A stretch of 64,000 nt of DNA, taken from assembly GCF_018350175.1 (NCBI RefSeq), contig NC_058368.1, forward strand, positions 5,456,001-5,520,000, read 5' to 3'. Source of the stretch: Felis catus (taxonomy: Eukaryota). Made by a program: the position numbers and the translations under genes. The notes beneath the pieces are model-generated. The model was not told where the DNA came from, ran no database searches, and was given only the letters and a program-made list of their open reading frames with translations. Below, one piece after another: positions 63,506 through 64,000 of this stretch (positions are counted from its first letter, which is position 1; the number at the start of each line of letters is the position of its first letter).

Positions 63506-64000
63506 TGATCTGGAATGGTGATCTACTAAACTCAGGCTTGTTCCTGGAGGGGAACCCTGAGGAATTCAAGAAAGAGCAGTAAAAAGATTGGCCTTATGAA
63601 CACAGCAAGGCTGTGGTGTAGACAGGAGTTGGGGTGGGGGCGGGGGGGGGGGCAACAAACCCATGGTGTTTCTTCGGATTTTCTTTAAAAATGAAAAGGA
63701 AGTTAAAAGGGGAAGTTCTGGTCATTATTGAGAAGAAGAATTACTTGACATAACGGTACATCGTCTCCTTCATTTCTGATCGGTGACGTCTAAGCTTGCT
63801 TTAAAAATAATTATTTGCATGTAAAGAGCTCCTACCTGTGTATAGAAAATCTCTGTTTTGAACGAGTTGCTCTGGAAAAACATAGAAGTCCTTTTGGGAT
63901 TACGTTGGTAGTTCGGTAAAGTAACGTAGCTGCGACAGATCTGTTTTTGAAAACTGAGAATTTGTCCAGGGTCTAAAGTTGAAGTGCGTTTTTGGACTAT

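Overview
This is mammalian genomic DNA from a cat-family (Felidae) genome, judged from about 32 Can-SINE (SINEC_Fc-type) copies and felid-type L1 3' ends. It lies inside the P4-ATPase phospholipid flippase gene ATP8A2 (+ strand). I can support only one coding exon: 11428-11600 (173 nt, AG/GT-bounded, [58 protein letters not shown]). The rest is intron: Can-SINEs (many with readable target-site duplications, some nested, tandem or inverted), L1, L2, MIR, MLT1 LTR and DNA-transposon fossils, microsatellites and CpG-rich patches. I found no evidence of a new multi-gene system, RNA gene or CRISPR-like array. The most interesting observations are local: an unusual C16 tract at the exon's 3' splice site, inverted SINE arrangements near the exon and elsewhere, nested insertion histories, AT-to-GC shifted repeat patches and a few perfect hairpins. 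Repeat family names come from my recollection of consensus sequences, not from a database search. Edges of old repeats are approximate.
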